Positions 57,161-61,472 of a stretch of 61,472 nt of DNA are shown one piece after another. The notes below the pieces were generated by a model. The model ran no database searches. It saw only the letters and a program-made list of their open reading frames with translations, and was not told the DNA's origin. The stretch covers positions 1 through 61,472 of the forward strand of contig JBKBYA010000005.1 of assembly GCA_046313635.1 (NCBI GenBank), in the 5' to 3' direction. Every line of letters starts with the position of its first letter. The first letter of the stretch is position 1. Source of the stretch: Pyrinomonadaceae bacterium. Its GTDB lineage: Bacteria; Acidobacteriota; Blastocatellia; Pyrinomonadales; Pyrinomonadaceae. A program made the position numbers and the translations under genes.

Positions 57161-58537
57161 ATGAAAAAATTCCTGACCCTCTTTGTGATCAGCCTCGTCG
57201 TCAATAGCAGCACGCCGTGCCAATCGCCCACGTCGGATGCCGCGCTCCGCGACGCGATCGCCAGCGACAAGGCAGCGTCGTCGCCCGACGGCAACGTGCC
57301 GCTGCTCTCGGCGGCGGAGCATCTCAAGCGTGCCGACGCGTATTCGGCAAACCGGATGTTTCCGCAGGCGAGGGCTCACTGGCGGCGCGTGCTGGACAAT
57401 TATCCAGGCGATCCCGGCGTTTCGCGGGCGCTGTTTGGCACGGCACGCTCGTATATGTGGGAACGTCAATACGAAAAGGCCATCCCTTATTTTCAGCGCG
57501 TGGTCAAAGAGTTTCCGGCGACAAAGGACGGCCGCGAGGGGCTCGCCTTTCTCGGCGCGACCTTTGTCCGGCTCGGCCGAAACAAAGAGGCGGCCGAGAC
57601 CTACCAGAAGTACACCGAACAGTACCCGGACGGCGAACGGATCGAGTCGGCCCACCTCAACCTGATCGACGCCCTGCGCGAGGCGGGCAAATATTCCGAT
57701 GCAGATCAGTGGGTCAACAAGACGCGGCTTAGATTCGCGCGAAAGCCGGCCGAGACCAACGCCGTCCACGCACGACTGCGGATGCTGATCTACCGCCAGC
57801 ATTGGAAGGATGCGGCGGCCGCCGCCGACGAGCTGATTACTATGAACCGCTTTGCGGGCTCGATGACGACCGCCGACGAGGCCAGGTACCTAAAGGCCCT
57901 GGCCCTCGAGAATTCGGGCAAGAAGAACGAGGCCGCAGGTATTTTTGCCTCGCTCGCAGCGAACCCGGCGTCTTACTACGGCAGTCTCGCGGCCGCGAGA
58001 GGCGCCGCCGGATCGATCGTGCGCTCGGTGCCTGCGGTCGAGAGGTCTTATTCGGATCACCCGATAGTATTTCGCGAGGAGCTGATCAAGCAGGGACGGC
58101 TGCGAGGTATCGATCCGCGATTCCTGCTCGCGATAATGAAGCAGGAGAGCAGCTTTAAGCCCGGCGCGAGATCGCCGGCAGGTGCTCGCGGTTTGCTCCA
58201 GCTCGTCTACGACACCGCGATCAAATACAACACCGCGGCCGGCTATCCGGTCTTTGACGCGGACGATCTGTATACGCCGGCGGTCAATATTGCCATCGGC
58301 AGCGTGTATGTCGCGGAGCTGAAAAAGGAATTCGGCGGGTTGTACGAGGCGATCGCCGCGAGCTACAACGGCGGCGAAGACAACGTCCTTCGCTGGCTTA
58401 GCCGCAGCCGGCCTAAGGATGCAGGAGTCTTTGTCTCTGAGATCGGCTTTGCCGAAACGAAGAATTACGTCTTCAAGGTAATGAACAACTACCGCGCATA
58501 CCGCGACCTGTATAACGAAGACCTCATGCGAAGATGA
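57161..58537 (+). CDS. TPR-containing lytic transglycosylase (Slt-like)
   Basis: Signal peptide, TPRs, IMKQESSF, GARGLLQL, ASYNGG and ETKNYV. Confidence 0.9.
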   Translation: MKKFLTLFVISLVVNSSTPCQSPTSDAALRDAIASDKAASSPDGNVPLLSAAEHLKRADAYSANRMFPQARAHWRRVLDNYPGDPGVSRALFGTARSYMWERQYEKAIPYFQRVVKEFPATKDGREGLAFLGATFVRLGRNKEAAETYQKYTEQYPDGERIESAHLNLIDALREAGKYSDADQWVNKTRLRFARKPAETNAVHARLRMLIYRQHWKDAAAAADELITMNRFAGSMTTADEARYLKALALENSGKKNEAAGIFASLAANPASYYGSLAAARGAAGSIVRSVPAVERSYSDHPIVFREELIKQGRLRGIDPRFLLAIMKQESSFKPGARSPAGARGLLQLVYDTAIKYNTAAGYPVFDADDLYTPAVNIAIGSVYVAELKKEFGGLYEAIAASYNGGEDNVLRWLSRSRPKDAGVFVSEIGFAETKNYVFKVMNNYRAYRDLYNEDLMRR

Positions 58538-58577
58538 AGTGAGAGTGGTGAGGTGTGAACGACGAGAGGGAGAGAAG

Positions 58578-58783
58578 GGTGAACGGTGAATGGTAAATGG
58601 TGAACGGTAAATGGTAAATGTTAATTGGAAATAAAGAGCCGTAAGCGGTAAGGGATAAGTGCTAAGAGGTAAATCGTTAATAGTCAACACTAAGCAGTAA
58701 CTTATTATCGGAGTTCACCCTTTCAATATTTACCATTCATCATTCACCATTTACCGTTTACCGTTCACCGTTCACCATTTACC
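58578..58783. repeat. Inverted pair of heptamer arrays GGTRAAY / RTTYACC
   Basis: 6 units at 58578-58619 plus degenerate continuation; 8 complementary units at 58728-58783. Confidence 0.9.
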
Positions 58784-58822
58784 TTTTTCCGCTTACCATT
58801 CCTTCCCACTCACACTTCCTCC

Positions 58823-60058
58823 TTATCCCTCCCTCCACTCAAAGTTCCCTTCACGCTCGACGTGGTAGCCGGCCTGTTTGAGCGATTCAAATATCTCGTG
58901 GCCGTGGCGCTCGTCGCGCACCTCCAGCAGTAATTCGATGCCGACGTGCCCCAGCGGAGCGAGCCGCATCGCGCGCTGGTGAAAGACCTCGATAACATTG
59001 GCCCCCGCGCCGGCGACGTGCGTCAACAGACCTGCAAGAAATCCCGGCCGGTCGAGCACGAGCACGCGCAAAAAGATGTACCGGCCCTGCCACACAAGTA
59101 CCTGCTCGAGGATGCGCGCAAGCAGGTTAGCGTCGATATTGCCCCCGCACAGCACCGCGCAGACCTTGTCGTCGGTGCCGACCGGCAGCTTACGCGCAAG
59201 CAGAGCTGCGAGCCCCGCTGCGCCGGCCCCTTCGACGACGAGGCGATTGTTTTGCACGCAGTGATAGACGGCCTGCGCGATCTCGTCCTCGGTGACCTCG
59301 ACGACGTCGTCGACAAATTCCCGAATGATCGGCAGCGTCAGTTCGCCCGGCCTCTTGACCGCGATGCCGTCGGCGATCGTCGGCTGGGCCGTCACCTCGA
59401 CCGGATGGCCTGCTTTGATCGACTCGCGCACCGACGGCACGCTTGCGGCCTGCACGCCAAAGACCTTGGCCGAAGGGATCAGCGTCTTGATCGCGATCGC
59501 GATGCCCGAGCACACCCCGCCGCCGCCGATCGGCACGACGACGGCCGACACGTCGGGCAGAGATTCGCTGATCTCGAGCCCGATCGTCCCCTGGCCGGCG
59601 ATGATCTTTTCGTCCTCGAAGGCATGGACGTAGATCATCTTTCGCTCCTTGGCCAATTCCTTTGAGAAGGCGACGGCCTCGTCAAAGCTGCCGCCCTTAA
59701 GTATCACTTCCGCGCCTTGGGCCTTGGTCGCGGCGACCTTGGTCAGCGGTGCGGCCTCGGGCAAGACGATCGTCGCCTTGATGTCGTGCAGCCGCGCCGC
59801 GACGGCGACGCCCTGCGCATGGTTGCCGGCCGAGGCGGTGATGACGCCGCGGCTTTTTTCTTCGTCTGTGAGGCTTGAGATCTTGTTGTAGGCCCCGCGG
59901 ATCTTGAACGACCCGCTGCGCTGCAGGCTCTCGGCCTTTAGAAACGCGGCGGCGCCGATCTCCTTTGAGAGTTTCTCGTCGGGCAGAATGGGCGTCGGGT
60001 AGATAACATTCTTGATGACCTCGCGCGCGGCGCGAATGTCGGCGATATTTACCGTCAT
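58823..60058 (-). CDS. ilvA: Threonine ammonia-lyase with C-terminal ACT domain
   Basis: SGSFKIRGA, ASAGNHAQG, PIGGGG, TIADGIAV and DRPG ACT motif. Confidence 0.93.
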   Translation of the reverse strand: MTVNIADIRAAREVIKNVIYPTPILPDEKLSKEIGAAAFLKAESLQRSGSFKIRGAYNKISSLTDEEKSRGVITASAGNHAQGVAVAARLHDIKATIVLPEAAPLTKVAATKAQGAEVILKGGSFDEAVAFSKELAKERKMIYVHAFEDEKIIAGQGTIGLEISESLPDVSAVVVPIGGGGVCSGIAIAIKTLIPSAKVFGVQAASVPSVRESIKAGHPVEVTAQPTIADGIAVKRPGELTLPIIREFVDDVVEVTEDEIAQAVYHCVQNNRLVVEGAGAAGLAALLARKLPVGTDDKVCAVLCGGNIDANLLARILEQVLVWQGRYIFLRVLVLDRPGFLAGLLTHVAGAGANVIEVFHQRAMRLAPLGHVGIELLLEVRDERHGHEIFESLKQAGYHVEREGNFEWREG

Positions 60059-60343
60059 AAACGGGCCGATTATACCAGACGCGATCACGCCGGATTAAAA
60101 CGCCTACGTGCACGGCTCTGCAGCACCGTCGATCGAACTAAAAGCGAGAACCCGACGCCCTTTTTGTGTGCTCGATGTGAGGCTCCGCAGATCGCTCGGG
60201 CCAAAAGTGCGCGAGCCGTCGACACGATGCTGACCGCGGCGGCAGAGTGCGAAATGCTTAGCATCGGCAACGGTCATCACGTAATTCGCGTTTGCTGCCG
60301 GTTTGCGGTTATATTTCTCGCGCACCCTTTTTGGAGGTCAACA

Positions 60344-61357
60344 ATGGAACTCATCGGTCTCTCTTCGATCCTTTTGCTCTTTATCGGCATCGCCCTGCTT
60401 ACCGTCGCCTGGAAGACGATAAAGATCGTCCCGCAATCGACCGTTCTGCTCATCGAACGTCTCGGCCGGTTTAACCGCGTGGCGGCGAGCGGGCTTAACA
60501 TCATCGTTCCCTTCTTTGAGTCGCCGCGCGGCGTTTACTGGACCAATCATCGCCCGGGCACGGTGTTGATCGACCTTCGCGAGCAGTTCATCGATCTGCC
60601 GCCGCAGTCGGTCATCACGCGCGACAACGTGATGGTCAACGTCGACTCGGTCGTCTATTGGCAGGTCACCGACCCGATCAAGGCAACGTACGAGGTCAAC
60701 GATCTTGTCGGCAGTATCGTGCAGCTGACATTCACGGGAATGCGTTCGGTGATCGGCAAGCTCGACCTCGACCACACGCTCTCGTCGCGCGATCAGATCA
60801 ATAACGAGCTTCGACTCATCCTCGACGAAGCGACCGACAAATGGGGCGTCAAGGTCACACGCGTCGATATCAAGAACATCACGCCGCCCGAGGACGTCCG
60901 CATCACGATGGAAAAGCAGATGACCGCCGAACGCAACCGCCGCGCGCTCGTGCTGCAGGCCGAGGGCGACAAACAGGCCGCGATCGCACGCGCCGAGGGC
61001 GAAAAGCAGGCGGCGATCACACGCGCCGAGGGCGAAAAGAGTTCGGCGATACTGCAGGCTGAGGGCGCGGCGCAGGCACGCCTGACGGCGGCGACCGCCG
61101 AGGCCCAGGCGATCAATCAGATCGCGCAGGTGATCGGCAACTCGGCGGAAACGGCACAGTACCTGATAACCGCTCGCTACATCGAATCGCTGCGCGATAT
61201 GACCCGGACGCAGAATTCGAAGGTCATCTTTATGCCCATGGAAACGTCAACGATGCTCTCCAGCATCGGCGCGATCAAGGAGGTCCTTGCCGAGACGGGC
61301 GAGAAAAAAGAGGAGCTGCCAAAAGGCCCGCGCTCACCGCGGGAGCTGAATCAGTAG
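60344..61357 (+). CDS. SPFH/band 7 (QmcA-like) protein
   Basis: ERLGRF, QSVITRDN, WGVKVTRV, MEKQMTAER and AEGEKQA repeats; RBS GGAGG. Confidence 0.93.
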   Translation: MELIGLSSILLLFIGIALLTVAWKTIKIVPQSTVLLIERLGRFNRVAASGLNIIVPFFESPRGVYWTNHRPGTVLIDLREQFIDLPPQSVITRDNVMVNVDSVVYWQVTDPIKATYEVNDLVGSIVQLTFTGMRSVIGKLDLDHTLSSRDQINNELRLILDEATDKWGVKVTRVDIKNITPPEDVRITMEKQMTAERNRRALVLQAEGDKQAAIARAEGEKQAAITRAEGEKSSAILQAEGAAQARLTAATAEAQAINQIAQVIGNSAETAQYLITARYIESLRDMTRTQNSKVIFMPMETSTMLSSIGAIKEVLAETGEKKEELPKGPRSPRELNQ

Positions 61358-61472
61358 TCATTTCTATGGATCATACGCGGCTTCGCCGCAATGTTGTGGG
61401 GGGGGAGGGAGAGCGAGCGACCAACACTACGCAGCGAAAAGCTATCTCCTCTGTATCTTGCGCGTGCTCGCG

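Noticed and set aside
58578..58783. CRISPR array
   Set aside because: Tandem 7-mers without unique spacers, and no cas genes in the window.
61358..61472. G-rich tail after the SPFH gene
   Set aside because: No interpretable structure; possibly low-quality end sequence.

Overview
A 61.5-kb GC-rich bacterial chromosome segment. The gene style suggests Acidobacteriota, possibly Blastocatellia/Pyrinomonadaceae (inference only). The core content is a cytochrome oxidase/heme o/system II cytochrome c biogenesis block, an S41 protease, RuvX, a penicillin acylase, an ALDH, a four-gene peptidoglycan-remodelling cluster, dispersed hut genes, a RAYT transposase with REP-like flanks, tRNA-Val-thrS-infC-rpmI-rplT, a tdh-[toxin-antitoxin]-kbl insertion, pheST-zapB-zapA-6S RNA, Slt, ilvA and an SPFH protein. 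The main discovery is a compact 10,370-bp element integrated in tRNA-Arg(TCG), bounded by a perfect 52-bp att duplication and carrying arm-type sites. It encodes an integrase, an orphan S24-like domain, Xis/AlpA, a replication initiator with internal iterons, an HK97 protease-capsid fusion with an internal start, a tail assembly chaperone with a lambda-type GGGAAAG -1 frameshift, and a tape measure protein with a lysozyme-like domain. It has no recognisable portal, terminase, tail tube, baseplate or lysis genes, so it looks like a phage satellite that supplies both its own capsid and its own tail ruler. A second highlight is an unannotated 16-codon leader ORF with five consecutive Thr codons upstream of thrS.
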